From Bacteriovoracia bacterium (lineage in GTDB: Bacteria > Bdellovibrionota > Bacteriovoracia > Bacteriovoracales > Bacteriovoracaceae), in NCBI GenBank assembly GCA_046570105.1, contig JBKHVI010000006.1, positions 1-64,000 of the forward strand: a stretch of 64,000 bases of DNA. Direction: 5' to 3'. Each line of letters starts with the position of its first letter. Within the stretch, counting starts at the first letter, position 1. Below the pieces are notes generated by a model. It was not told the DNA's origin. It saw only the letters and a list, made by a program, of their open reading frames with translations, and did no database searches. Position numbers and translations under genes: made by a program. Positions 8,158 through 17,680 of this stretch are shown in pieces.

Positions 8158-8763
8158 GTGATGAATTCTACACCTTTAACCATTTTTGGCCTTCTGTTAG
8201 CGGCGACACTTATCGGTGCCGCGAGCTTTACTGATGGTGCGCAAAAGCAGGCCGTTTTTGAAAGTGAAGATGGGGCCTATCGTTGTCCCGCTTCTCAGCC
8301 TGAGCCCAAGACAATTATTGGCCATAGCGAAGTGGTGTTTTTAGGTGATGATAAAACTTTGATGTTTGATGCCAAGGTGGATTCAGGAGCTCAAACCAGC
8401 TCGATCCATGCCACTCAAATTTCCACTATTTTGCGTAAAGTAATTGAGAACAAAGAAGAAAAAGAATTGCTCTTCGTTCGCTTTGTGACGATGGACGATG
8501 CCGGCCAACGTAAAGAGATTGAGAAGATGGTGAGTCGTGTGGATCAAGTCCGCTCGGCCTCTGGTGTCAGTACTCGCTATTTCTTTCGCGAGACAGTTTG
8601 GGTGAATGATATCTCTTACGAAATTGAGATCAACTTAGCCGATCGCTCTGCCATGTCTAAGAAAATGTTGATTGGTAAAAATCTGCTGCAAGAAGGATAT
8701 CTGATCGACACGACTAAATCCTACGTCATCACTCGTTCGTTGAATCCTGTCGAGAAACTCTAG
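8158..8763 (+). CDS. Retropepsin-like putative ATP-dependent zinc protease family protein (RimK-associated type), exported
   Basis: IGHSEVV..AKVDSGAQTSSIHA, VRSASG, EINLADRSAMSKKMLIGKN; hydrophobic N-terminus. Confidence 0.75.
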   Translation: MMNSTPLTIFGLLLAATLIGAASFTDGAQKQAVFESEDGAYRCPASQPEPKTIIGHSEVVFLGDDKTLMFDAKVDSGAQTSSIHATQISTILRKVIENKEEKELLFVRFVTMDDAGQRKEIEKMVSRVDQVRSASGVSTRYFFRETVWVNDISYEIEINLADRSAMSKKMLIGKNLLQEGYLIDTTKSYVITRSLNPVEKL

Positions 8764-9507
8764 TTATTTTATTTCTTCGTGCACACCTGCACAGCCATCC
8801 ACCACGATCGAATCTTCACTCAACACCTTCAGGTGAAACGGTAGTCGTTGAAATGAGCTATAGGTTTGTTTCTGGGCAGTATTGAATAGTGCCACTTCAA
8901 TATAGTAATCACCCACCATCGTGTTCCCTACATTCAGAGTGGTAGGGACGAGCTCGCTGAGTTTGAGTCGCTCGTCAAAGCGCGCCTCAGGACGCACTAG
9001 AATTTCTATCGGTTTTTCTTCGCCCACAATCTCCCATTTATCCAAACGCTTATCATGAGAGAAGGCCGGGCAATTAAAGCGTCTGAAACGTTCAGAGATA
9101 GCAGCAGCGGCGTAGGTAAAGTTGAAGGACAGTGACTTCATGAGAAGACCGCCAGAGCGGCCGCTCTGTCGTACTCGAAAAGGTGCGTAGATGGTGACTA
9201 ATTCCATGTGTGAGCTCAGGGCGTTGGACTGAATAATTTTTACCAGCCACGCATCGACACCGTAGGTCGTTTGTAAAAACATCACATCATCACTGTCAAT
9301 TTTTGGAAGCGCCAAAACCATATTAAGGTTTTTGCTAATGGTGTTGCTGAGGTGCTTGCCGACTTTCCACTTGGCCTCAGAGAGACTCGAGACGCCCCAT
9401 TGAGCTTCTGTGAGACGAACACCTACGCCATCGCGCAACAAAACAGATTCTTTGCTGCAAGCGACAAGACCGAGTAAAATACTAAGGCAGAGAAGCTTCC
9501 AAGGCAT
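8764..9507 (-). CDS. Hypothetical lipoprotein
   Basis: Start reassigned to MPWKLL (GAGG RBS); lipobox LVAC. Confidence 0.6.
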   Translation of the reverse strand: MPWKLLCLSILLGLVACSKESVLLRDGVGVRLTEAQWGVSSLSEAKWKVGKHLSNTISKNLNMVLALPKIDSDDVMFLQTTYGVDAWLVKIIQSNALSSHMELVTIYAPFRVRQSGRSGGLLMKSLSFNFTYAAAAISERFRRFNCPAFSHDKRLDKWEIVGEEKPIEILVRPEARFDERLKLSELVPTTLNVGNTMVGDYYIEVALFNTAQKQTYSSFQRLPFHLKVLSEDSIVVDGCAGVHEEIK

Positions 9508-9564
9508 GCGACCTCTTTGTTCTTTTCTGATATCATAACCCCAACTTTTGAAAGGAGTCTCTAG

Positions 9565-9858
9565 ATGAATAAGCTTATTTTGTTGGTAGCTCTTATGGCC
9601 TTGACCGCTTGTAGCTCGAACCCTGCCGCGCTTTCTGATGATGGCAAAGAAGTTCAAGTGCTGGATAGCAAGCCGGGTACAGAGTGTTCAGTGGTGGGAA
9701 AAGTTGTGGGTGAAAATGGACAAGGAAGTGCTGATCTTGCTCGCAATCACGCTCGTAATTTAGCAGGAAAACTGCGCGCCAACGCTTTGTTCATCACACA
9801 AGAAGTACCTAACGGTCAGAAGGTTCAGATCTTTGCGACTGCTTATCAGTGCGAATAA
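9565..9858 (+). CDS. DUF4156-like small lipoprotein
   Basis: Lipobox LTAC; C..VG.V.G, ARN.A..L.AN and ATAYQC pattern; RBS AAGGAG. Confidence 0.7.
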   Translation: MNKLILLVALMALTACSSNPAALSDDGKEVQVLDSKPGTECSVVGKVVGENGQGSADLARNHARNLAGKLRANALFITQEVPNGQKVQIFATAYQCE

Positions 9859-10797
9859 CTAGTTAAGAAATTCTTTAAATTGTTTATCTAAAAGTTCAAG
9901 GGTTGGGAGGTAACTGACTCCCAATCTCTTGAGCTCAGCTTGCGCTGGGAGATCAATATTCCCACCGACGCTGACCTGAATCTTTGGCTCAATCTCGGCC
10001 TTGAGTTTCGTCAAATATTGTCCAAGCGTAAGATTGGGACCAAGCTGATCACCATTAGTAACGCCGAGTAGTACATAACTAGGCTCCATCTGTTGAATCG
10101 TTTCAATCAGTGAGTCTACTGGCAGATCTTTTCCTAAGAAAATAAATTTCACTCGATACTCGACGCACAGTAGCCCGGCCGCCAGAAGGCCGATTTCATG
10201 CAATTCACCCTCTGGAGCGGCCATAATAACAAGTCCTGGGCGAAATTGTTGACGAGTGTAATGAATGGCAATCATCTGCCCCATATGAAATTGCACAATG
10301 GCACTCAGAGTATGTTCCTGAGCAATAGAGAGTTTATTGGTATAAACTCGAATACCAATCTCTCGAAAGAGCGGCAGAATCATTTCAAAAACAAAGTCCC
10401 TAGGGCCCAAAAGTTTTTTTGCTTTATCCAGTTCATGAGAAATGATGTCGAGTTTATAAAGCGATAGAGCAAGTAAGATTCCCGTGCGTAATTGTTCGGA
10501 ATCAACATCATCAGATCTTCGCTTCAAAAATAGTTCAGCGGGATCATGATGAGTTTGTGTCTTAAGAATTTCTTTAAGTTCATTGACTTCCAATTTGGCT
10601 ATTCGCCCAATCGGATGACCGGCCTGAGTAAGGAGATTTAAAATGGAAAGCTTTTCAATATCCTGCTCTGAATAAAGTCGATGACCATTTTCAGCTCGAT
10701 GGGGAGTAAGTACGGTATAGCGTTTCTCCCAGGCCCTGATGGTGGCGGCAGCGACCCCTGAAAGCTGCGATGCGATGTGAATATTGAAAAAAGACAT
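9859..10797 (-). CDS. MerR-family regulator with cobalamin-binding domain (CarH/LitR-like)
   Basis: MerR HTH (GVAAATIRAWEKRY..P.RAENGHRLYS), SIAQEH and GELHEIG B12-binding motifs, FLGKDLP, VGG. Confidence 0.85.
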   Translation of the reverse strand: MSFFNIHIASQLSGVAAATIRAWEKRYTVLTPHRAENGHRLYSEQDIEKLSILNLLTQAGHPIGRIAKLEVNELKEILKTQTHHDPAELFLKRRSDDVDSEQLRTGILLALSLYKLDIISHELDKAKKLLGPRDFVFEMILPLFREIGIRVYTNKLSIAQEHTLSAIVQFHMGQMIAIHYTRQQFRPGLVIMAAPEGELHEIGLLAAGLLCVEYRVKFIFLGKDLPVDSLIETIQQMEPSYVLLGVTNGDQLGPNLTLGQYLTKLKAEIEPKIQVSVGGNIDLPAQAELKRLGVSYLPTLELLDKQFKEFLN

Positions 10798-10861
10798 ACC
10801 AGAAGACTAGTATCAAAGTGTTAATGTGACATCAGAGATTTTTTAAAGTTGTGGAGATCTT

Positions 10862-12796
10862 ATGAATATCTATCCTGTCAAAAAAACCATTCAAGATAAA
10901 TCTTATCTAAAAGATTGGGCCACCTACCAAAACTTATATCGTCGCTCACTGGAAGAGCCTGAAGCCTTCTGGATGGAAATTTCTCAACGCCTAGATTGGT
11001 TTACTCCTCCCAAGTCGGCGGGCCAAGGTGATTTTAATCAGGTTAATCATCAGTGGTTTGCTGGCGGAAAATTAAATGCAGCTTGGAACTGTCTTGATCG
11101 TCATCTTGAAACTCGTGGCAGCAAGACGGCTTTGATTTGGGCCAAAGATGAGCCAGGCGAGTATCAACACATCTCTTATCAAGATCTTTACGCACAAGTT
11201 TGTAAAACTGCCAACATGCTCGAGGCCCACGGAGTAAAAAAAGGTGATCGCGTTTGTATTTATCTGCCGATGATTCCTGAATTAGTTTATTCTGTGCTGG
11301 CCTGCGCACGTATAGGTGCGATTCATTCGGTGGTATTTGGTGGCTTCAGTAGTGAAGCTCTGCGCGGTCGCATTGAAGACGCTGAGTGTGCTGTGGTCAT
11401 TACCGCCAACGAAGGCTTACGCGGTGGAAAGAAAATCCCTCTTAAAACTATCACAGATGAAGCGGTTAAAGGGTTGAACTTCGTTGCAAAGGTCTTTGTC
11501 GTCAATCGCACCGATACTCCTTGGACCCAGCATAAAGTGGATGTGGTCTGGAACGATGAAATAAAAAAATATCGCCCCGTCGCTCCCGCGCCAGCGCATG
11601 ATGCCGAGGATCCACTCTTTATTCTCTACACATCAGGCTCAACCGGAAAACCTAAAGGTGTTTTGCATACCACCGGAGGTTATCTCACTTACGCCAGTTA
11701 CACTCATCAATACGTTTTTGATTATCACGAAGAAGATGTTTATTTCTGTGCCGCTGATGTGGGTTGGGTCACAGGCCACAGCTATATTGTCTATGGGCCA
11801 CTTTCAAATGGGGCGACCTGTGTGCTCTTTGAATCTGTACCGAACTACCCAGACGCTGGCCGATATTGGCAGATCATCCAAGATTTGAAAGTTAATATTT
11901 TCTACGGCGCACCCACCGCGCTCAGAGCTCTCGCGCAAATGGGGGATGAGCCCGTGAAGCGCTATGATCGCTCGAGTCTTAGAATTCTTGGCAGTGTGGG
12001 TGAGCCCATCAATCCGGAAATTTGGAAGTGGTATCACGATGTCGTTGGCGAAGGCCGTTGCGATATTATGGATACTTGGTGGCAAACAGAGACAGGCGGA
12101 ATTTTGATGACCCCAATTCCTGGTGTAACACCCACGAAACCTGGGTCTGCGACTTTTCCGTTTTTCGGAGTTGAGCCAATGATCGTGGTACCAGAAACAG
12201 GCGTTGAGTTAAAAGGCAATAAAGTCGAGGGCGCACTATGTTTAAAGCGCTCATGGCCCGGACAGGCACGCACGATCTACAAAGATCACGCGCGCTTTGT
12301 AGAAACTTATTTCACTCAATACAAAGGACTCTATTTCACGGGCGACGGTTGTCGTCGCGATGAGGATGGTTACTACTGGGTCACTGGTCGCATTGATGAT
12401 GTATTAAACGTTTCAGGACATCGCTTGGGAACAGCAGAAGTGGAGAGTGCACTAGTTGAGCATGAGAAAGTTGTCGAAGCTGCTGTGGTGGGCTTTCCTC
12501 ATGATATCAAAGGCCAGGGCATTTATGCTTATGTGGTGGTGTATCCAGATGTGGTGGAATCGAAAGAACTCATTGAGGCCATCAAAGACTCAGTTCGAAA
12601 TTCCATCGGCCGCTTTGCCGCTCCTGATGTGATTCATATTACCAAAGGTTTGCCGAAAACACGTTCAGGAAAAGTCATGCGCCGGATTCTCAGAAAAATC
12701 GCTGCGCATGAATACCTTGGTCTCGGTGATGTTTCCACACTCGCTGATCCAACAGTGGTGGAAGCTTTAGTGAATGAGCATAAAGCGAAGCACTGA
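10862..12796 (+). CDS. acs: Acetyl-CoA synthetase
   Basis: [38 protein letters not shown]. Confidence 0.97.
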   Translation: MNIYPVKKTIQDKSYLKDWATYQNLYRRSLEEPEAFWMEISQRLDWFTPPKSAGQGDFNQVNHQWFAGGKLNAAWNCLDRHLETRGSKTALIWAKDEPGEYQHISYQDLYAQVCKTANMLEAHGVKKGDRVCIYLPMIPELVYSVLACARIGAIHSVVFGGFSSEALRGRIEDAECAVVITANEGLRGGKKIPLKTITDEAVKGLNFVAKVFVVNRTDTPWTQHKVDVVWNDEIKKYRPVAPAPAHDAEDPLFILYTSGSTGKPKGVLHTTGGYLTYASYTHQYVFDYHEEDVYFCAADVGWVTGHSYIVYGPLSNGATCVLFESVPNYPDAGRYWQIIQDLKVNIFYGAPTALRALAQMGDEPVKRYDRSSLRILGSVGEPINPEIWKWYHDVVGEGRCDIMDTWWQTETGGILMTPIPGVTPTKPGSATFPFFGVEPMIVVPETGVELKGNKVEGALCLKRSWPGQARTIYKDHARFVETYFTQYKGLYFTGDGCRRDEDGYYWVTGRIDDVLNVSGHRLGTAEVESALVEHEKVVEAAVVGFPHDIKGQGIYAYVVVYPDVVESKELIEAIKDSVRNSIGRFAAPDVIHITKGLPKTRSGKVMRRILRKIAAHEYLGLGDVSTLADPTVVEALVNEHKAKH

Positions 12797-13138
12797 TTAT
12801 TTCACAACCGCGCCGCGGACGTCTTCTTTGGTGAAGTACATGCCACGCACACGGAAGCTTGAGAGATCTTTCATGCTTCCTGTGGCTGGACTGAAATCCA
12901 TCGATTCGATTTCTTTACGAAGAATCGCTTCTCCACGAACGAAGACGACTTGTACACGATCAGCCGGAAGCACAAAACCCGCTCCAGTCACTTCACCGAG
13001 TAAGAGGCGAGCACCCGAGCGCTCCATCTGTTGCAAAGAGAGTTGACGTTGTTGCAACAAGCGATCTGCACTGGCGCGATCAAGTGCCAAGGCAGAGAAG
13101 CTCATAACAAAAGCGATAAGGATAAGAAAAGTTTTCAT
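12797..13138 (-). CDS. Small secreted hypothetical protein
   Basis: Signal peptide (SALA-L); 4-bp overlap with the upstream gene. Confidence 0.6.
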   Translation of the reverse strand: MKTFLILIAFVMSFSALALDRASADRLLQQRQLSLQQMERSGARLLLGEVTGAGFVLPADRVQVVFVRGEAILRKEIESMDFSPATGSMKDLSSFRVRGMYFTKEDVRGAVVK

Positions 13139-13926
13139 TGGAGTGCTCCCTGTGGCTCAGACAAAAATGTCTCGCACATATTGAGTGTGAAATAGGGGAT
13201 ATGACCTTGGTTTTCTTTTTGTGTCATCACAGCGTGAGTGGCCTTAACCGCATCACGCTGAATGTTTTTAATTTGCTGGATGGCTTCTTCAGTCAGTGAC
13301 TCACTTAAAGAGTACATAAGATTTAAACCACGACCGACCGATTCTGGACGGTAGAATTTGACGAGCTCTGGTAAGTGAGAAGCTGCTGTATTGAGATCAA
13401 GACTGAAGTCTTGATGGATGGCCTTGATTTTTTCACCATCGAGTACCAATACATTCATATTAAGGAGTTCTTCCGTTTTGCGCTTGCCGGTTGAGCCAAA
13501 TAGTTCTGCGACTTCTACCCAAGAAGTGCCAGCGCTATTAGCTGCAAGTTTGTAAATGAAGTAGCTCATGCGATCCTTCAATACATCGTTTAAATCAACC
13601 GAGAACACGCGCTCTTCAGCGCCTTGAAACACAAAGGCACCGAAGTGCTTTTCTAAAAATTCTGCTAACTCAGTCGGTAAGCTCTTCAAGAGAATGCCGA
13701 CACGCTTTTCACGCAAGATATATGAGCACAAGTTCAAGGCCGTATGCGGGGCCACTTCTGATTTCGATTCTTCAACTAACAAACGGCGCAGAGATGTGAC
13801 TGGAACCTGTGAACGCTGGGCGAGTGCCTGGATAGTCATGCGAGGATGACGGGCCAGGTAGTCTTGCACCAAGCCGCGAAGAGCAGCGATGGGTGTTGAG
13901 ACAGATTGTTGAGTTTCAGTTTGCAA
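13135..13926 (-). CDS. TIGR02147/DUF4423-like HTH protein
   Basis: N-terminal HTH (TIQALAQRSQVPVTSLRRLL), central winged helix, and a C-terminal LSESLTEEAIQQIK...YFTLNM segment resembling this Bdellovibrionota/Fibrobacter family. Confidence 0.5.
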   Translation of the reverse strand: MQTETQQSVSTPIAALRGLVQDYLARHPRMTIQALAQRSQVPVTSLRRLLVEESKSEVAPHTALNLCSYILREKRVGILLKSLPTELAEFLEKHFGAFVFQGAEERVFSVDLNDVLKDRMSYFIYKLAANSAGTSWVEVAELFGSTGKRKTEELLNMNVLVLDGEKIKAIHQDFSLDLNTAASHLPELVKFYRPESVGRGLNLMYSLSESLTEEAIQQIKNIQRDAVKATHAVMTQKENQGHIPYFTLNMCETFLSEPQGALQ

Positions 13927-14012
13927 GGTTTTTTCCCCCTACATCCTGGTTATCAATAACCCTCTCGCCATGGGAATAGGTCAATCTTTCAAGTAAGACG
14001 ATGTTTTAAGAG

Positions 14013-14031
14013 CAGGGCCAAGCTGGCCCTG
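14013..14031 (-). terminator. Hairpin immediately after the DUF4360 stop codon
   Basis: CAGGGCCA-AGC-TGGCCCTG; the U-tract is weak. Confidence 0.4.
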
Positions 14032-14032
14032 A

Positions 14033-14791
14033 TTAACGGCTAACCACCCGTCTTACCACGCGTCCTGGTGGCAAACTGCCCCCACATTTGCGGGTTAACA
14101 CACGGAATTTCATCGATGCGTTCACATCACTGGAATCCATAGTGAGTAATCCTGACTTAGTAAGGTCTCCGCCCATGATCTCAACTTCCAACTGGTTTTT
14201 TAGTTGAAAGCGAACTGATCTATTACCTTGGCGGGCACAACCCGAACGAACAGGAATGGCAGTTTTAGGTGTGCTGGTCCAATCTTCGTTTACCTCTTGA
14301 GCAAAGCGGCCTTGTGCGCCCCAGATCTTTTTCTCGATCAGTTTTGCGTTCTGCGGACCTGTTTGATTCACACCCATTCCGGCATGACCAATATAAGAGG
14401 TGTGAAGAGAGGCACGTACGCCTGGATCAAGTATAGTGGCACCACGATTGAAGATAGAGACTTCAATTGCCTCCACCATCTCACCGTCTGGTAATTCTAC
14501 GTTAAAAGCCAGATGGCAAACGCGATGCTGAATGCTGGCATCATTACGGCGACGAGGACTTCTACCAATACCGGGTGATTCATTGTCATTACTTCCATCA
14601 TGTTGAGGTACTTGTACGTTAAAGACATCAAAGAGTACTGACACCGATTGACCATCTGGTGTCGGTGAGAATGCAACAGTGTTACTTGGACATCCTGTCC
14701 CCCCGTGCGCAAAACTGTTGAAGCGCAATTGTTGAGCTTCAGCACTGAGAGAGAGAAGAGTTAATAGAGAAGCAAGAGTTAAACGTCGCAT
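14033..14791 (-). CDS. DUF4360-family secreted protein
   Basis: Signal peptide; GGTGCP..TV....PDG..VSVLFD, C.L...V..P.G, MDSSD...C. Confidence 0.8.
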   Translation of the reverse strand: MRRLTLASLLTLLSLSAEAQQLRFNSFAHGGTGCPSNTVAFSPTPDGQSVSVLFDVFNVQVPQHDGSNDNESPGIGRSPRRRNDASIQHRVCHLAFNVELPDGEMVEAIEVSIFNRGATILDPGVRASLHTSYIGHAGMGVNQTGPQNAKLIEKKIWGAQGRFAQEVNEDWTSTPKTAIPVRSGCARQGNRSVRFQLKNQLEVEIMGGDLTKSGLLTMDSSDVNASMKFRVLTRKCGGSLPPGRVVRRVVSR

Positions 14792-14866
14792 GTGATCTCC
14801 TAATTAGAGTTTCATCGGCTGATCAACTTGTATCGATCACGAAATAATTTGAAAACCACTTAACTG

Positions 14867-14912
14867 TTGTTGCAACAAAACTCTCGACCAGGTGGTTTTT
14901 TGCAAAAAACCA
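14867..14912. promoter_or_regulatory. Two perfect palindromes with a TTGCAA core in the divergent DUF4360 spacer
   Basis: TTGTTGCAACAA (14867-14878) and TGGTTTTTTGCAAAAAACCA (14893-14912). Confidence 0.45.
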
Positions 14913-15035
14913 AGTGGGCGACAAACACAAGGCCCATGCATTTACCCCCTTCACGAAATATTTTGCCGATGGATATGGTGGGTTCAAGCAACGGACATAG
15001 AGTCCAGATGCAATCCAACCTGCAAGGAGATAAAC

Positions 15036-15632
15036 ATGTTTAAGAAAATCGCTTTGATCGCAGCTCTAACAGTTTCAGCGGGAGCTTTCGCTCAAGGTTT
15101 ACAACTCGGTTACCCAAGCACTGGTGGTAACGGTTGTCCGCAAGGCACAGTTTCAGCAACACTTTCACCTGACAACTCACAACTCTCGATCTTGTTCGAT
15201 CAGTTCCTCGCGGAAGCAGGTCCTGGTGTTGGTAAAACAATTGATCGTAAGAGCTGTAACATCGCTATTCCGGTCACTGTACCTAATGGTTACGCTGTAT
15301 CGATCGTAGCAGTTGATTACCGCGGCTTCGTAGGACTTCCAAGTCGTTCAGCGATGGCGCGTTTTTCTGCTGAGTACTTCTTCGCCAACCAACGTGGACC
15401 GGTTACTCAACGTACTTTCGTAGGCTCTCAGAACACTGACTACTTAGTTGAAAATGATCTATTGGTAACTTCACTTGTTTGGTCGGCGTGTGGTGCTCAA
15501 ACCAACCTTCGTATCAACGCTTCTATGATGCTCACCAACTCTGATCGTCGCTCAGATGCTATCGCGACTGTTGATTCAGCCGACATTAGCTCTGGCATCA
15601 TCTACCAACTTCAGTTCCGTCGCTGCCGTTAA
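15036..15632 (+). CDS. DUF4360-family secreted protein
   Basis: Start reassigned to ATG 15036 (AAGGAG). GGNGCPQGTV..LSPD...LSILFD, RKSCNIAIPV.VP.G, DYRGF, WSACG, VDSAD. Confidence 0.88.
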   Translation: MFKKIALIAALTVSAGAFAQGLQLGYPSTGGNGCPQGTVSATLSPDNSQLSILFDQFLAEAGPGVGKTIDRKSCNIAIPVTVPNGYAVSIVAVDYRGFVGLPSRSAMARFSAEYFFANQRGPVTQRTFVGSQNTDYLVENDLLVTSLVWSACGAQTNLRINASMMLTNSDRRSDAIATVDSADISSGIIYQLQFRRCR

Positions 15633-15657
15633 TTGTTCAATACAAACAACGCCAGAT

Positions 15658-15690
15658 AAAAAAGCCCCTCTTCGGAGGGGCTTTTCTTTT
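15658..15690. terminator. Bidirectional intrinsic terminator
   Basis: AAAAAAGCCCCTC-TTCG-GAGGGGCTTTTCTTTT. Confidence 0.9.
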
Positions 15691-16302
15691 TTAAAACCAA
15701 AATATTCGATCTTCTACCGTTAATTTGGGAGGCGTTGGGTTCTTGCCGACTTTCGCCAGAATCTTTTGTTCCAGAGTTTCAATGGCTTTCTCGAGGCCTA
15801 ATTCATAATGCTTTGTTTTAAAATGCATACGAATCAGAGAGATGATTTCAAATAGATCGGCCTGGTTGAGTTTGTCTTTAAGATGGCTATCGATCAAAAG
15901 ATGAATCTTTCTCTCAGTAAAAGAGAAAAATAATAAGATAGATGCTTCATGGCCCAGATCTTTCGAATGAAAATAGGAAAATAATACTGAGGCTTTTTCG
16001 CTGGTTTCTCGCTCGGTCTCAGAGTTTAGAAAGAAAAACCGATTGAGACCGGCAAACTTAATTAAACAAACGCTCAATAAAATGATCGCACCTACCAAGA
16101 TCACTTCAAGTGAGCGAGGTTCAAAGGCGTAAAAGTGAAGAAGTATCGCCGAAAGAATGAGACCGATCAAAAGCCCACCACGCCAAGTTGCTCCAGGGTA
16201 GGGATCTGAGACTTTGCCAGCGGCAACGATCAACTCAAGCCCAGTGTTCTCTTCAAACTTCTTAATTTTGGCACTGATCTCAGTGCTATTAAATTGTTTC
16301 AT
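15691..16302 (-). CDS. TPM-domain membrane protein
   Basis: I...E.NTGLELIV, two TM helices, ILLFFS..ERKIHLLID; third gene of lemA-TPM-TPM. Confidence 0.75.
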   Translation of the reverse strand: MKQFNSTEISAKIKKFEENTGLELIVAAGKVSDPYPGATWRGGLLIGLILSAILLHFYAFEPRSLEVILVGAIILLSVCLIKFAGLNRFFFLNSETERETSEKASVLFSYFHSKDLGHEASILLFFSFTERKIHLLIDSHLKDKLNQADLFEIISLIRMHFKTKHYELGLEKAIETLEQKILAKVGKNPTPPKLTVEDRIFWF

Positions 16303-17030
16303 TACCAGTCTCCCGAGGCGCCACCGCCGCTAAAACCACCACCGCCTCCGCCCCAGCTCGAGCCGCCACCCGAACTCCAGCCAGATCCTCCACCTGAACT
16401 CCATCCACCGCCACCGTATCCGCCGTGAAAGCCACGAGAACCTCCGCGCATACGATTGATAAGAGGAAAGACAATAAAGAAGAGGATAACGAGAACGAGT
16501 GAACTAATGGGCGATAACTCACGACCTGAGCGACGAACTCGCCGAGCAAGTGGTTTACCGCTGAGAGTGATGTCGAATTTTTTGGCGACTTCAAACAAAA
16601 CGGTTTTAAGTCCACCGGCGTAATTTTGCGAGCGAAAGGAAGGAGTTAAAATGTGTTGAATCCAGCGACTGGCCTCAAGATCGGTAATATCACCTTCAAT
16701 TCCACCGCCCACTTCAATACGCATTTTGCGCTCTTTGACGGCGACAAGAATAATCAATCCATTATCATCTTTGGTTTTACCTAGCTGCCATTTTTCTGCC
16801 AAACGAATAGAGAAGTCTTCGATGGCAAAGCCTTGCAGTTCATCAGCAATAAAAATACCAACCTGGGGGCCTCCGCCGCTATGTAGTTCACGGATGTTAT
16901 TGCCCAAATCTTGCATCTGGGCCGACGTTAATAAACCTGCCAGATCAATCACAGGTTGATTAAGCGCGGGGAACTTTACTTCTTGAGCGAAAGCTCCCCA
17001 GCAAAAAAGCAGGAGAAAAAGATACTTCAC
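16302..17030 (-). CDS. TPM (YgcG-like) domain protein
   Basis: VIDLAGLL, IEDFSIRLAEKWQLG..DNGLIILVA..ERKMRIEVG.G.EG.ITD; Gly-rich tail FSGGGASGDW. Confidence 0.9.
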   Translation of the reverse strand: MKYLFLLLFCWGAFAQEVKFPALNQPVIDLAGLLTSAQMQDLGNNIRELHSGGGPQVGIFIADELQGFAIEDFSIRLAEKWQLGKTKDDNGLIILVAVKERKMRIEVGGGIEGDITDLEASRWIQHILTPSFRSQNYAGGLKTVLFEVAKKFDITLSGKPLARRVRRSGRELSPISSLVLVILFFIVFPLINRMRGGSRGFHGGYGGGGWSSGGGSGWSSGGGSSWGGGGGGFSGGGASGDW

Positions 17031-17599
17031 TAGAATTTAACCGCAGGAGCCGCTTGTTCAGATTCGGCCGCTTCGAATTGTGGTTTCTTCTCGTGTTTAA
17101 ACATCAAGCTATTAGTTAGCGATGTTGGGAAGACGGTCACCAGATTATTAAATTCTTTAACCGTTTCAATATAACGACGACGTGCCGTTGCGATACGGTT
17201 CTCAGTTCCTTCCAGTTGAACTTGCAGATCACGGAAGTTGGCAGCAGCTTTAAGGTCAGGATATTTCTCTGCCACCACCATTAAACGGCCAAGAGCTTGC
17301 GAAAGTCCTGACTGGGCACCTTGGAACTCTTTGAGTTTTTCAGGAGTGAGATTTGAGGCATCCACAGTCATTTGCGTCGCCTTGGCGCGAGCTTCTACCA
17401 CAGCTTGCAAAGTTTCTTTTTCATGGCCCGCGTAACCTTTAACTGTTTCTACGAGATTCGGAACCAAATCAGCACGGCGCTTGTATTGGTTTTGTACTTC
17501 CGCCCAAGAGGCTTCCGTTTCATTGAGCGCTGTTGGAATCGATTGAAGGCCACAGCCAGTGAGAATAACGAGAAGAGGGAGAATTAAAAATGCACGCAT
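17030..17599 (-). CDS. lemA: LemA family protein
   Basis: Start reassigned to 17599 (GGAGG). WAEVQNQYKRRADLVPNLVETVKGYA.HE, EKYPDLKA, LEGTENRIA.ARRRY. Confidence 0.95.
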   Translation of the reverse strand: MRAFLILPLLVILTGCGLQSIPTALNETEASWAEVQNQYKRRADLVPNLVETVKGYAGHEKETLQAVVEARAKATQMTVDASNLTPEKLKEFQGAQSGLSQALGRLMVVAEKYPDLKAAANFRDLQVQLEGTENRIATARRRYIETVKEFNNLVTVFPTSLTNSLMFKHEKKPQFEAAESEQAAPAVKF

Positions 17600-17621
17600 A
17601 AGACCTCCAGGTCTTGAAAAT

Positions 17622-17654
17622 AAAAAAGCCCACAGTGTTAGATACACTATGGGC
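17622..17654 (-). terminator. rpsT terminator
   Basis: Minus strand GCCCATAGTGT-ATCTA-ACACTGTGGGC-TTTTTT. Confidence 0.75.
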
Positions 17655-17680
17655 CTTTAATTTAAGGGGTCAAGGGTCGA

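Noticed and set aside
16302..16440. Gly/Ser/Trp repeat (GGGWSS) at the TPM protein C-terminus
   Set aside because: This is the normal Gly-rich tail of the family.
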